DNA of 61,892 nucleotides, filler included, from Choristocarpus tenellus KU-1152 (lineage: Eukaryota; Protista; Phaeophyceae): the NCBI GenBank assembly GCA_964200185.2. It is 14 parts of 14 records of this genome, joined end to end, with 100 filler letters (N's around TTAATTAATTAA, not from the genome) between each part and the next. Parts side by side here need not be neighbours in the genome. Positions count along the whole stretch, not along the records: positions 36,936 to 40,071 come from CAXNAD020022065.1; positions 40,172 to 45,058 come from CAXNAD020012665.1; positions 45,159 to 48,376 come from CAXNAD020021460.1; positions 48,477 to 58,633 come from CAXNAD020003116.1; 10 more parts are not named here. One strand, 5' to 3'. The notes beneath the pieces were generated by a model. That model did not search any database, had not been told where the DNA came from, and saw nothing but the letters and a program-made list of their open reading frames with translations. The number at the start of each line of letters is the position of its first letter. The stretch's first letter is position 1. Positions 38,000 through 51,400 of the stretch are shown here, piece after piece. Both the position numbers and the translations under genes were made by a program.

Positions 38000-39280
38000 C
38001 TTGAAAAAGGTCGTCATCACCATGGGCTCCGTGGAAGGGTAGGCGCCTAGGCTAAGTCAAACATCCACATCTTAGCCCAGGCAGTGTCAGAGTTTCATCG
38101 ACTAAACCTCCTATTGCGACCCCAGTCCTGCTCTGTACACACGAGCAACCCTACCCATTTAGGCATTGGCCCTCGGTGGTTAATGGTCCTGGCAACTCTT
38201 GTCGCAAGGTCTTGATACCCAGGGCTCGGGCCTGGATAATTCACAAGAGGAAGCTAGCCACCCTAAGCCAGCCAAACTTCTGAACCCGGGGGAACAACGT
38301 CTCGACGTTAGGTTGAGCATCCTCTCCTTCATCTTCCGATCCAAGAATCAGAGTTGTTTCCTTGTCATCTTCTGGAGTTGTGAATGTCGGGTTGAATGCC
38401 CATTCCCCAATCTGCTTTCCCTCTAACTCTCCACCTAAGAGCAGGGTCACCCATTTACTTCGTGGACTGGGGACAGTAGGGTCAAAGTGAGATTTGGCCA
38501 CTGCTATCGGTTCAGCAATGAAGTGCTCCCTAGCGCTCCTCCAGCACTCACACTCTACCAACATGTGTGGTAGATCCTCCGCTACTGCCTAATGACACCA
38601 AGGGCAATTGGTCTAGAGTGTATCATCAAGGAACCCAGCTCTTGCTAGTCTTGAGGTCGTCGAGAATCCCCCAATTCTGCATCGTGCAACAGCCCCCATC
38701 CCCACTGCTAGGTTGGGGCAGCACCCTACCCGCACGTTTGTTAGTCTCTTTTTCTCAAAGTTTGCTTCGATGTAGTCATTCCCTGCCTGAGTGCCCAGTA
38801 CCCTTTCCTCCCTTAGTCACATGGCCTCACAGAGACAAAGGTAGTGACCCAGCGGCTTAGCTAGCATATCTATCCATCCACCTGCTTCGTCGAGCGCTTT
38901 AGGCACGTTGCTTGGCAGACAATCCCCCAGACAGTACATGTATCGGTTCATCCATCTGTGTGTACCCGTAACCCATGTCCAGCAGCGGTGTTGAAATGGC
39001 GTTTCCACCATCGTCCGGATCCACGTGCTGAGGGTAAAGCACTTATTCAGTGCCCAGGCTTGTTGCGCCACCGCTCTGGCACACACAGGTGGGATCCCCA
39101 TATCACGCCACAGTGCAACATTTGATCCGGTGAGGGCTCTAAGGTCTGCCATTGTGAGTAGGCTTCGGTTGACGAAAACTTGCATTCGCTGCGTGATCGC
39201 CTTGTTCGTCCCAAATAACTCAGACCCGAAGAGCAACATGTATTTCAGACCATCTAGGTCAAGTGCTTTCACCTGCTAGA
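38000..39280 (-). mobile_element. 5'-truncated decayed LINE (post-RT region and C-terminal zinc knuckle remnant)
   Basis: LLFGSELFG...MQVFVNRSL...SNVALWRDMGIPPVCAR is typical of LINE RT thumb/connection regions; downstream HMLVECECWRSARE...LLLGG. Confidence 0.65.
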
Positions 39281-39418
39281 TACAATCTACCATCACCAAC
39301 AGAGCAAGAATAGCCTCTTATTAATAAACTAGGCAAACAACCCAGTCCCCTTCCCCTTCTAGAAATAAAGAAAAAGGCTCAGCAGATATTGTCACAAGTG
39401 GTGTTGGCCAAGGTTTCT

Positions 39419-39667
39419 GAGCCAAAGTAAAAGAGAGGTACCCAGGATTTGGGCGATTTCACGTCAATTCGTTTCACCATTTACGATTCACCCTTACTTC
39501 TATGGATGAAATGCTATGAATGACTTTAGGGCGTTGATTTCTCTTTTGTTTGAAAATTTCGACAGAATTAAGAAAAGTCTCAAGTGTATTTGTACAAAAC
39601 GTCAACTATTACACTTTTTTTGCATCGGTAAAATGCAACCGTGGGGACTTCTCGTTTACTTTGGCTC
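39419..39667 (+). mobile_element. MITE type F, copy 2
   Basis: GAGCCAAAGTAAAAGAGAGGTACCCAGG ... TTTACTTTGGCTC; flanks TTCT/TCCT. Confidence 0.8.
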
Positions 39668-39689
39668 TCCTTCGCTTGATGGGTTGCGA

Positions 39690-39954
39690 ATGCTTCAACC
39701 TCGTTGGTATGGCAGGCATAATGGAGTATTTTGCTTCATCCTTCTCACATCTGTGCCACTTGTCTGAGTCTTTTGCAAATGAAACCCACGGGTCAGCTGC
39801 GATCTCCAATCTCTGAAGATCCTAATTGGACGCACCACTCCATTTTCTTGCAGAGAAGCTCTCAAGAGAACTGGATGCGAGTGCATTGAGGACAGGATCC
39901 GTAAAAGAAGGCTACTATTTGCGGGTTTCGTGTCATGGATGGACGGTTCATCGA
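39690..39954 (-). mobile_element. Helitron RepHel fragment (decayed)
   Basis: Frameshifted LLLRIL...NGVVRP..F / AA....FAKDSDKWHRCEKDEAKYSIMP resembles the Helitron linker LRxLL...NGVxxxTFxEAA...DDxEWxxCLxEA...MP. Confidence 0.5.
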
Positions 39955-40071
39955 GAGCCAAAGTATCTTAGAGGATAGAGCCGCGTCCATTTGGGGGTCA
40001 AAATCCAATGTTGCGATTTGGGTGTAATTTTGGCTATCTCGTTTGTTAGGAAGTGTCCTTATCCTTGTTCC
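39955..40071 (+). mobile_element. MITE type A, copy 7 (truncated by linker)
   Basis: GAGCCAAAGTATCTTAGAGG... Confidence 0.9.
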
Positions 40072-40171
40072 NNNNNNNNNNNNNNNNNNNNNNNNNNNNN
40101 NNNNNNNNNNNNNNNTTAATTAATTAANNNNNNNNNNNNNNNNNNNNNNNNNNNNNNNNNNNNNNNNNNNN

Positions 40172-40339
40172 GGGGGGGGGGGGGTCTACACCAGGGTGTC
40201 CATTTGGGCCATAACCAGGAAAAGTGCACTTACATTATCCATCTGATGTATGCAACCAAATCACCCAAAAATCGCAACATGAAAAAAATTGGCCCCAAAT
40301 GGACAGCCGCCACCCCCCCCTCCCCCAGATATTTGAGCC
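40172..40339 (-). mobile_element. MITE type B (truncated by linker at G-tract)
   Basis: Reverse complement of type B; ends CCAGATATTTGAGCC. Confidence 0.88.
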
Positions 40340-43300
40340 ATATTGTTCTTCAAAACATACACAAGGACTTTGTCCAAGTATTATTATTGTGCAATGGGTA
40401 CAAGATGATCTGCCTCATTGCATTATGTGGCGTATGCATATTGCACACGTGCAGTATTTCAAGACGTTCATCTCTGTATTCATACTTCAACATCCATATC
40501 ACATAGATATATTCGTGTATGCGTATTTACTACAAAGTTCTTTGCATGGTACTTGTGCAACATATACAGGAGATGACCTTTGCAAAGCATATTATATCTT
40601 GTAGTTCCGTACTTGTTATCTACAATGTTCTATACACATTGGAGAGGAACACAATAGATTGTGAGTATGGGCATGTGTTAGTTCTGGCAAACTATGAATC
40701 CACGTAAAACTTGAGGAAAGTATGTCATACATTTACCTTCACCTTCAGCGCGGCGCAAACCACAGTACACACACCACACAGTCTACAGATTAAAAAATAT
40801 GTGCATACACACATTTAACACACTGAGTAGAATAGTATGTATTGCATGAGCAATGGAATGCTACGCATACTCAGTCCTGCACCTTCTATAGTTATTGTTT
40901 GTTCTTGTATTTAGTTCAGTACTTGCTCAGTGTGAACACACTTTTGGGACGCCTAGTGATATATATATAAATATGTATGTATATACATATATATACTTGG
41001 GGCTTATTTCCCCACATCCGTGGTCAACACTAGACAATATCGCTGGTAAAAATAATAAACCTCTAGAGGTGCGTCACATATTCAGAAGACAACAAAAAAC
41101 GACAGTCATCACGATTGCTGATAGTATGTGCAGGGTCGATGAGGCACTCAGAAGTGTTTGATGTGAAGAGTAGGAACAGGCACCGTGAGGAAGTAGTACT
41201 AGTTGTACACACGTTGGTACAAGTTAGAAGGAAGTGAAGCACAGGCTCACTAACCACGATGCACAGGTAGATTGAAGAGAAAGTAGATATCAGGTCATCA
41301 ATAAATAGTATGTTGTCATGGTAGCTTCACTATATCCCCTACCTGACCCACCTCTGTATTGTAGTATCCTCCGAATCATGTATGAGTAGAAGAGTCAAAC
41401 ACAGGAATATTGCCAAATGTTGTAGAGGGATTAATCCCGAACAGAGGGGTGACCATACAGCCTCGAGTCACCACGCTAAATGCAGTCAGCTCATATCCAT
41501 CTGTTCGTACATATAAGAACAAATCTGGGTTTACCATCAAATAATTATTGCATTCTGACTCCAAATACATACTACTACTATTGATCTCTCATACAGTTGG
41601 AGGAGTCTATTCGAACACCCCTCAAAACTGCCACACTTGTGAGATATTTAGTGCAGTTTAATTGATGAGGTTGTCCCCTAAAATAACCTTCCCCGAACAC
41701 AAAAGACATGGTATGGACCAAATCTCTGATGTACACTGTGTTGCTTTTGTGACCAACATTTTGTTTGTATAGGGACATGCGTTGTAGTATCGCACACACT
41801 CAATGTTGCTAGTAGTATACATGTGAAGTAGGAAATGTCTGTGTAGCAAGATGGTGTGACTAGAATGGTTCATGAGGGATGGATAGGAGTCCTAAAATAT
41901 TGTGGTGTTCGAGTAACGTTCTAGGGAGTATATTGCTCGGTAATTTCTGAGATTGTTTGCGAGGGTGATTATGGAGGGTAGGACAAAACCCCCCTTGTGT
42001 AGGTAACAAGTCACTCTTGACTGCAAAAACCAATTAAGCATATTCTACATCGCAACCTTTGTGTGGAGGCAGTACACTCTTGTGGTGTCTGAAGACACTT
42101 GAAATTAGAAAACAGAACTAAAATGCCCATGCTGATGGGAACAATATGTATCATTCACTCATACTCCGTCTGGAGTAAAAATATTCGGTTTCATACTATA
42201 CAAATAATAGCGGTACTTCCGAGGTTAGGGAAGGTTCAGTTTGAAATACAGACGAGTCTTCAGCAACGAAATATTGAAAGGTCAACAAGCACCAGCAGTT
42301 TCACTTCCACCTGCCGACCAGAAATCACCCCTGTGTCTAGACCATCCTCTCATGGCCCTCGTTATAATGTGTTTCACCTTTGCAGGTATGCTAGATAGGA
42401 ACGAACAATTAAAGAGAACGAAAACTTAAAATGCTTTGCAGTTGTGTCACAGGACCCTCAATCGCGAAGCAGGACACCTCCCTAGAGTTGCCTCTATCCT
42501 ACCATTGCCAGATTCGAGTGCCTACTTGCAAATCTTTGTATGGGTTAAGCATAGTCCCAGCTTACATGAGAACCAAAGGGACATCTTTCAGAACAAATCC
42601 AACGACCCAGCCTGGATCGGGTGCATGAATTATAACATCTTCACAATGAACTATCCCGTCTCAAATGCAGTAACTTGTAAGGAATCATAGAGATATATCT
42701 ACTACTACATACAAAATACAAAACATGACAAAATATGGAACAAGCGTTAGAAAAAACAAATACGTCAAAAACAAAAAATATTCTATTCCAGTTCCATACC
42801 CCCAAATCATACCTTAGGTGGGGCAGCAATGTCACCCACTTCCTCAAAATACTAAGAGATGGAAACCACTTCGTGTTATGCTGATCTTTGCACGCACCAC
42901 ATGTTGGCATACATGGAAGTCTACACCCAATCGTTTTGTTCGATTACAGCAGTGAACATTGGTGTGCTTGCTTGATCTCCACCCGCTTATGATTTCCTCA
43001 CCTCAACTACCAGCAAGGCACTCTGCAACCTCATATCCACCCAGAGATATCAGTCAATCCAGCCATGCTACAGTACAGTTGGTAAAGATACAATTTGGTT
43101 TGGTTATTCCACTGGCTGCATGATAACGGGCTCCTTCCAATAAAGAACATACACTGTTCGAGAAGGACACATCTGCAAACTTCCTCCTTCACCTCGATAC
43201 GACTCCTGAGGTCGAAGGCGGTGATAACATACACTTCCACTCCGAAGTTCTCTTTTCCATTCACAGAACAAAATTTTCTTGATTTTCGGAGTAGTAAGAT

Positions 43301-43669
43301 ATTTCTTACTCAGTATTATATTGCTTTTCCACCTGACGTTTCCCAGATGTGTAAGGGCAAAAGCCATAACAACCACTATCACAAGGACACACCCTAAAAT
43401 CTCTGAACGAACAGTGGTCGTGATTGTATCATACCTCTCTAAAAATATTTCTGTTATTTGACTGCCACCTATACTCCAAACACTCCCTTCAAGCTTGGAA
43501 ATTATATGAGTATGTACTCTGACATTTTGTTGAGGTGTCAGGGGAAAAGACACTTAAATATGATAAGAACCCCTAAATGTAACAGTTGTCGTAAATGTGA
43601 ACGCTATATCACCAAAGTCTAGTAATATTTTATTATTATGCCCTCTGACATTTTTCACACATATTCTTA

Positions 43670-44740
43670 CGTCGTATTCCAAACATACCGTGTGTGTCAT
43701 ACCTTACCACCTAATAAACTGCAAATCTACTTTACACTATTTTCAATGCAGTGATGAAACGTTCGTAACAAGATTGAACAAGTCCTTAGTCGTTGTTGTG
43801 TGAGGTTTGTCCAACCGCCAGTACATAACTAAAGTTGAATTGAAGCTCTGGTTCACAAACGATGGAAATGTTTGCAGTCCGAGAAGTATTGTCATGACTA
43901 GATTACACTGACCCCTGCGTCAAAATGCCCATATCCTTCAACGATGAAGAAGACATGGAGAACCACAACTATTTGTGTGCTCTTAACGCCCTCCATACCA
44001 TACTGAGAGGGCATGAAGAGGTGTCTGCCATCCTGCTCGTCAAAGTCGAGATCACGTAACAAGGGTACGACCACCCCCCGCAGGTGAGTGACTGGCAACC
44101 GACAATTGGGGGTAGGTGATGGATTTTCATCTTCTGCTCCAAAGAACTGACTCATCAGGAAGTCCATTTGATATTGGATGACTGTACATTCAATACTGAA
44201 GTGCCACATTACAACCCAGTGTCTACTCGACGAACACATCACGGTACTTTGGAGCAGTAGACGAAAATCCATCACCTACCCCAATTGTCAGTTGCAAGTC
44301 ACTCACCTGCGGGGGGTAATCTTACCCTTGTTGTGGGATCTTGACTTTGCCGAGCAGGATGGCAGCCACCTCTTCATGCCCTCTCAGTATGGTATGGAGG
44401 GCGTTGAGAGTGCCCAAATAGTTATGGTTCTCCACGTCTTCATCATTAAAGGATCAGTGCATTATGACGCAGCGAAAGGGTTAGCTTAATCTAGTCGTGA
44501 CATTACTTCTCCGACTGCAACTGTCTCCAAAGTTCGTGAAATAGGCTTCAATTCAATTTTAGCTAATGGAGTGCCTGCCTATTGGACAAACCTCACAGGA
44601 TAACGACTACGGATTCGTTCGCTCAACCTTGAATGTTTCATCACCATCATTAAGAACACGAATAGTAGGCTTGCAATTTAGTAGGTAGTATGACATGACT
44701 CATACTTCAAATAGGAATGTTGACGGTATGCTTGGGATTA
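43670..44740. repeat. Long inverted repeat (arms ~43670-44148 and ~44240-44740) containing an ankyrin-repeat-like pseudo-exon in each arm
   Basis: The arms are reverse complements, including a 39-nt perfect match (43985-44023 vs 44367-44405). Both encode NHNYLxxLNALHTILRGHEEVxAILLxK followed by CAG|GTGAGT. Confidence 0.88.
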
Positions 44741-47700
44741 GAAAGCAGATAGATGTTTAGGTTTCTATTCCCTAATAAATCAGTGTTGGAGAATATTACA
44801 TAAGGATCACCTGTTGTGAGAATACGTAAGTACAACATTTGTTAACAGGGAGTTTGAGATTTGTGACCTAGCGTGCAATAGGGTAAAAGACGTTAGGATA
44901 TTCGGGCATATAATAGCCGTGACCGCCAACAGAATCAAGGATGTGCTTTTCTGAACCTCATCCTCAACGCTGTTCCTCTTAGCAGCTGGGGATTGGCTCT
45001 TGCCACGCTTCTTTTTCTTCTTCTTTGACACTGAACCGTCCAAGCCGGGAGACGCCATNNNNNNNNNNNNNNNNNNNNNNNNNNNNNNNNNNNNNNNNNN
45101 NNTTAATTAATTAANNNNNNNNNNNNNNNNNNNNNNNNNNNNNNNNNNNNNNNNNNNNGTGCCAGAATTACATGATAATAACAGCCATTATTAAAACCAA
45201 AAATATATACGAAGTACAAGCTTTTCATGTATGTATAGTATGAAACACGTGTTCGTTCTTCTTTGTCGACTTGGTTAGTTTTTTAGTGGATGTGACCTAT
45301 CCCTTTCTTGTACAAACCACATCACCCTTTCATAAATATTTATAACTACTGGAAGAAGACGTATGTATGTATTTTTGTATAACACAATACGTAGTGTACC
45401 ATACATAATATAAGCATACCAAGACCGTTACTGGCTCCCCCCAGGGGGGCCCGTCTGTTCTTATACCTTTGGCTTGGTCGAGGTCGCTTCTGAATCGTAG
45501 CGGTGCCCTCCACAACATGCACCAAAATCTTTTTGAACGATAATATATCCCATTCAAAAAGAGGCCCTTAGAAAGTGCCACAACATTTACAAAAAAAAAC
45601 TTATGGGCACTTTCCGCGCACCATTTTCTGTCAAACTCATCCTCCATAAAATGCTCCATCCTCAATTTTGCCGAGAGGCTGTTAAGTGTATCGTTTTTTC
45701 CAAATAAAGCGCTGTCAGCTCTAATGACGTTCAAGTTACTCATAGAAATAATGTGCTATTGCATTACAAGGTCTCATTATCCACGAACACACCCAGCGCA
45801 ATGAAACACTTGTACTCTGGAGTATGACACAACTTCACATTTTTCATACGTACAAGACAATGCTTTTTTTCTGATGAGAGATTTGCCGATCGAACATTGA
45901 CCGAACATCGGATATTATAGCCCCCGTGTTGACGTGGACAACGACAAACTTCAATGACCCCAAGCAGAATCCGAGATATCATCCGTAACAACAGAGCAAG
46001 TGATACTGAGTTTTTGCTGGACAAAACAGACATTGCAGAGAAAATGACACTTGAGCATTTTGCTGGACGATGAAAAATACAGGTGAGTTTTGAGGACACA
46101 AATACATGGTTCTTCTTCCCTTTGCCTCATTTCCAAGTTTCAACATATTTTTGAGAGAAACGAACTAATGTGTGAACCAGTACCCATTTACCAAATGGCC
46201 AAGGCCGTTGTTTTCGACAATGAATGGATATTACGTCAATTTTTCTTGAGAGTTTGATTAACGAACAATATACAGTAGAGAAAAGGGCACTCGGTATCGG
46301 GTGTTAAACGCAAGCCCAGTGCTAGGCAATGGACATAACGGAGCAAATGGAGTTAGGCATCATATGGACAACAGACGTTACAGAGAAGTTCATCCCCAAA
46401 CGTTGTCCTTAGTTAGGAAGAGAGGTTGGTTGTTGAATCTTGTCGAACATTTTAGGGTAACACTAGCAACGTTGAGAGTTACATTGTCCTCGGTGTGCAA
46501 AATGCACAGAAAAATGGACCACACCGGGCATGTGGAGTGTAGACCAATCGTAGTTTCTCCAACCCGTAAGCAAAATTGGATACTGTCATGTGTGATGTAT
46601 GTGCAAACAAGGAAACCTGGGTAACAATTTATTAGGTGATACTGAAACGTGTGCAGTATTTGTAGAAGCAAACACGTATATATAGGCATAGTGATTGGAT
46701 GTGCAGATTAAGTCGATTTGTTAACAAGAAAATAATTCGGTTTCGTTCCAACAACAAAATAAAAAAACGCTACAGTAGTTTGTCCGAATATTATACCTGT
46801 TCGAACTCACCTCCTCCATTACATTCTTCATCAAGAAAGGCTTCTTCAGCTTCTGTAAACCTCGAGTAATTTTCTGCGTGCTGTGACCTGTCGTATTTCT
46901 TACGATTACTCATTCAATTTCCTAAGATTTTTCTCTTACTACACCTCTTTAAATGTATTTTAGTCTCCAACTTCTTCTTCTATGTACTACTGCATAAATG
47001 TATTTGAAATGATTCCTTAAAGCCATTATTGGTCTGGTAGTCATCTTGATTTCAAGAATTATCGGTTGATACATCAAAGTTTGAAGGGCTTGCTTCCATC
47101 CTTTTGTGTTCTCCTTTGCATGAAATTGCTCGTCGGTATGAACCATGAGGACACAAAAAGATTGGTGTACACCGAGGAAACATTGAGATGTTTTTGCAGA
47201 GGATGCAATGCCATACTATAATATCTCCCCACACTACTACTTCACACCTTACAAAGAACAAATGGACATCTTGGATATCTTCTTTCCTAACCATCGCTCA
47301 CACTCTCTCACTCTGCACTTCTTCAAATCACTCCTGAATGATGTAGGAAGCATATGCGGCACAGCATTTAGACTCCATGGACATATCCGACTTTGACGCT
47401 TTGAACAAGTTCCTCCGTCCTTATGAATACTCTACTGTGAGGTATGATACCATTCCTTGTTTTGATTTCCACCCCTTACTCTACTAGTCTGTCTTTTCGG
47501 TAATCCCCTGAAGTTCCCATTTGGTTGCTTCATCCTACTTAAAGCCATGTACTAGTCAATTATTCCATTGTTTACCCTTGTACTCAATGTTTCATGTTAC
47601 TGATAGCCATACACCAACGGCTTATAGAAGTCTGCAATGATTTCCCCGCTTCGATTGCAAACCTCAACCTGCACTCTCGTAGGAGTAGTGGTACTGTGAT

Positions 47701-48300
47701 GTGCATGCAAACCATAACTTTAACTGAATTCTGCGTGGTACAGAAACAAAACAATCCTATCACTATGAACAGTGTCTATCCATACCGAGTATCCCCAGAT
47801 GGTGCAATTAATGCAGTATGTTTGCTTCCCATGGTCCTCTCCTCAGGTCAAGTGACTAAACGCAGAGTGATGTGCTACTACATCCAAACCACGTACTTGC
47901 AGGGCGCATGCAATTGAATCTGCGGATGTGGATGCAGTAGTATATTATCGTCGAATGGCATTATAATTATTTTCCTTAAGTGATAGAGGTGCGGGGGTCA
48001 GGGTGAAGGAGGATTGCATGTGAGATACTATTTTGCATATGCACTTGAGTATGGATGCACGCTCCTTTAGGTTCTGTTTCTGAAACGACTTTCCTGTTTT
48101 TCTTGCGTTAACCCGCAATACATCTTGTATGTGTGAGGAGGTAAACTACGTAAGATATTTTGGTTTGGACATTATGCTGCTGAACGTTATGGTGCTTTCA
48201 AAATGCAATGTGTAGCCATACAGTGGTATCGTTCTCACGTTTATATTGTGAAATCATTGCCTGCTTGTCAACGATTTTAATGGTATTATAATACATAAGG

Positions 48301-48376
48301 GGGTCAAAGTATCTGGGGGAGGGGGGGGGGGGGGGTTTGTGATGTGGCGTCCGTTTCGGTCAAACAACTCTTTTTT
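48301..48376 (-). mobile_element. MITE type C (truncated by linker)
   Basis: GGGTCAAAGTATCTGG-G-tract-...GGCGTCCGTTTCGGTCAAAC is the reverse complement of the right end of 19921-20102. Confidence 0.85.
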
Positions 48377-48478
48377 NNNNNNNNNNNNNNNNNNNNNNNN
48401 NNNNNNNNNNNNNNNNNNNNTTAATTAATTAANNNNNNNNNNNNNNNNNNNNNNNNNNNNNNNNNNNNNNNNNNNNGT

Positions 48479-51400
48479 GTGACGGCGGGGGGGGGTGGCA
48501 CAGCAACCACAACAGCAGCTACGACAACTGTAGGGACAGACCCGACCATGTTGACAGGGGATACGGCAACACAACAAGCTCCTTCGAATTCTGCAAGCAC
48601 ATCAGCAAGGAGCCCATCTGCAACGCTTGGCCTCGTAAGAATAGCCTGCTGTGCTGTTAGGGCTGTTTATGTGGAGATAGCGTAGCATGTTGACTTGAGG
48701 GCTTCCTGTGCACCAATCTTTTCAGATGTTTCATGGGAATCTTCTGCTGTGGGGTGGGATGAGGTTTAGTAATGCCGTTTACACGTGTTTTCCAGATATG
48801 TGTATGAAATATGTATTTTGGTGTATAGAGATATTTTGTGAGCTGTATTAGAGAAAATTTGAGGCTTCAACTTTAAGGACTAAGGGGTATGAACAGGACA
48901 CACGAAGCAGTGACTATATTTGAAAGGCCTGGTAGTGTATGTTCAGATATCACTTACATGAGAAGATGATGTAATGCATATCGTGCTGAGTGGATTTTCC
49001 ATGTTGCATTTCCCTGGGGAAGGATTGTGTGACTTTCATCTTTGTCATTGCGTTTCTGTTGGCAAATGTGGTAACTATGTACAGACTCAGATTAGAGCTA
49101 TCCCTAATACATGTATGGTATATACATTTCTCAAACTTGTTTCAGAAGATGTCATGGAAATGGAAAACATGCAGAACTTCGTTAATGTGTCCCTTCACGG
49201 CTCTTTTGATGATTTTGTACTGGGTGTTGGTTTGTTGTATAGGGACTTTCTTTGCAGAGTAGAGATCTAATATCCTGTACTGATGAATAAATGCTCCCCC
49301 CTTCTCCCTCCCTCCCTCAGCCCCTCCCCTAATGTCCCCCATCCTTCCCTCCCCTCCAAACATACTGCCTGTGTGCATGGAATAATTGTGCTTGCTTTGT
49401 GCGTGCTTTGTTCTATTGACAACAGCTCCTAGTATTCCAGATCCAGTTTGTGAGCACCCTGCGACTGCTTGAGGCCAACATCTCACAAGCATTCAATGAC
49501 TTTCTAAACTCCATCAAGTGGCTCAACCTTCACTTTGAAGTCAACCTGCCCGCGGCGCTTGAGTGTGATGAGGTGTGCTAAGCGTGTTTGTGTGTATGTG
49601 TTCATGTCATTGTCTGTGCCATGTCCTTTTTTTTTGTAGTTGTTACAGCTCTTGAGATCAATCATTGAGATACCACTGTTCCTCTAGGGCAGACAGTCTA
49701 GAAGGATTGAGATGGCTGCTTGGGGAGGGTGGATGGATAGCTAGCTGGTGGGGTGATGGCCCAAGAATTATTTTGGGATAGCTCCCCAGGCTCTGATTTT
49801 GTCAAGACTTAGATACTACTGTTCCATGGGAGCAGACAGTTGCGACAATGTTTGACAGTTTAGAGCTGTTGCTGCCTCTGCACACTAAATGAAAAATTCT
49901 GTTTGTAAGCATCACAATACGGCTTGGCGTTGTGTGCCTCAAAACTGAGTAATTTGTTTTTTCAAATTTGTATGTTTTTTTCTTTTTTGGTGTGATGCTT
50001 TGGTGATAAGAGTGTCGATATTGATTTCTATCTGGAGGCAAGTCGAAATCTGTCAACTCATTTTGTCACCACGCATATTTGTGACGCAAAAATGATTGAC
50101 GCCCTGCTGAATACATCATAGGGCTTTATTTTTTGTGTGTGTGAGCTGTGTGTGTGTCCCTGTGCATGCATGCGTTGACATCTCAGTGAGATCTCCCTTT
50201 CGATTCCACGTGTTTGACCTTCACCCAATCGATTCGTGTGTGTGCTTTTTGTAGGATGTGGGATATGATTGGACCAACAACGAGAATGGGACCTGGGCGC
50301 TGAACACGCTGTTGGTGTTCGGGTTCCTCTTCATCCTGACCCTCTTCCATATCATCCTTATATCTGCGCTTGAGGCATCTTGGCTATCCCAGGTGAGGGC
50401 TCATCACCCGTCCCCCCTTTCCCCCTTGATACCCTAGAGATGCGTTGTTTAGACTGACTTGTTGAGTGATGTGTAAGGACTTCGAGGATATATTAAGTGT
50501 GGATGTGTAATTGTGAGGGGGTCCTTCATAACGTAATATCCAAGGTGATGCTCTGCTAAGAGCAGTACCTCTTCTTTGCTGGGTGGTCCGCCGCGCATTT
50601 TCAACCTTTCCTACTCCTCGCCACGCTTAACATTTGAATATCTATGGCTTGTCACTTCTTCCTGCCACTGGGCTCTGACCCGGTCCTTGTTGCATAACAC
50701 CACAACGACTCTTTGTTAGAGTGATGTTTAGCAACCACCTCTGGAGCAGCTCCCTCGCAAGCTGTGACCTGCAATGTATGTGCAGACGCGGTTCAACCCT
50801 TTCAGATAATTCTTGAGTTCTTGATCCCAATTTATGTAGGTGTAACCTAAGACGGTGAGCTGCCTCGCCTTCTGCCCGCTGTCAAAGCCCTCGTAGACAG
50901 TTCCATGGGATGACAACGGCTGCACTCCGTGTTTTGTGCGAGCGATTCAAATTATTATTTACACCCTTTGATAACGGAACCAAACATCCTGGTGTGTGCT
51001 GTTGTTGCTTTTTCTTTGTTTGTATTGCCCTGCCTTTTCCTTGTAACGCAATGATGTGGCAGGCAAATGCAATTCACCGTCACCGGGTCCGTCTCAAGCG
51101 AGAGCAGGAGGGTAAGAAGGTGAGAATGAGGACAGAGAGTTCATCTATGTGTACGTTATTGGTACACTTGCTGATCAGATGCGCTGCACTTGGATCGGAT
51201 TTGGTCAGACCTTCAGAACTATCGTTGGGTTGTTGTGTGAGGGTGGTTTATTGACAGTATTTTGCTGCATGGATATCATATGCTATGTCCATAGATTCTT
51301 GTGTGGTATATATATATATACATACATTGTGATTTCTGAGGTCACTACAGAGTGTCTGGAGGTCGCTACAGAGTGACTCTGAGCTGTTTTCAGAGTCGAA

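Noticed and set aside
38010-38110. Hairpin with GAAAC and TGATGA boxes at the LINE 3' end as a hammerhead ribozyme (similar near 44125-44160)
   Set aside because: No intact CUGAnGA-stem II-GAAA core geometry; more likely an ordinary 3' UTR stem-loop.
535-40071. Repeated palindrome-containing units as a CRISPR-like array
   Set aside because: They are dispersed ~260-nt elements with TIRs and TSDs, with no spacers and no cas genes.
42120-42180. ADGNNMYHSL as an OTU protease motif
   Set aside because: The catalytic Cys is absent, a stop follows shortly, and there is no supporting downstream motif.
40340-48300. Endogenous giant-virus (phaeovirus-like) insertion
   Set aside because: AT-rich and intronless, but no recognisable capsid, packaging ATPase, primase or polymerase motif was found.
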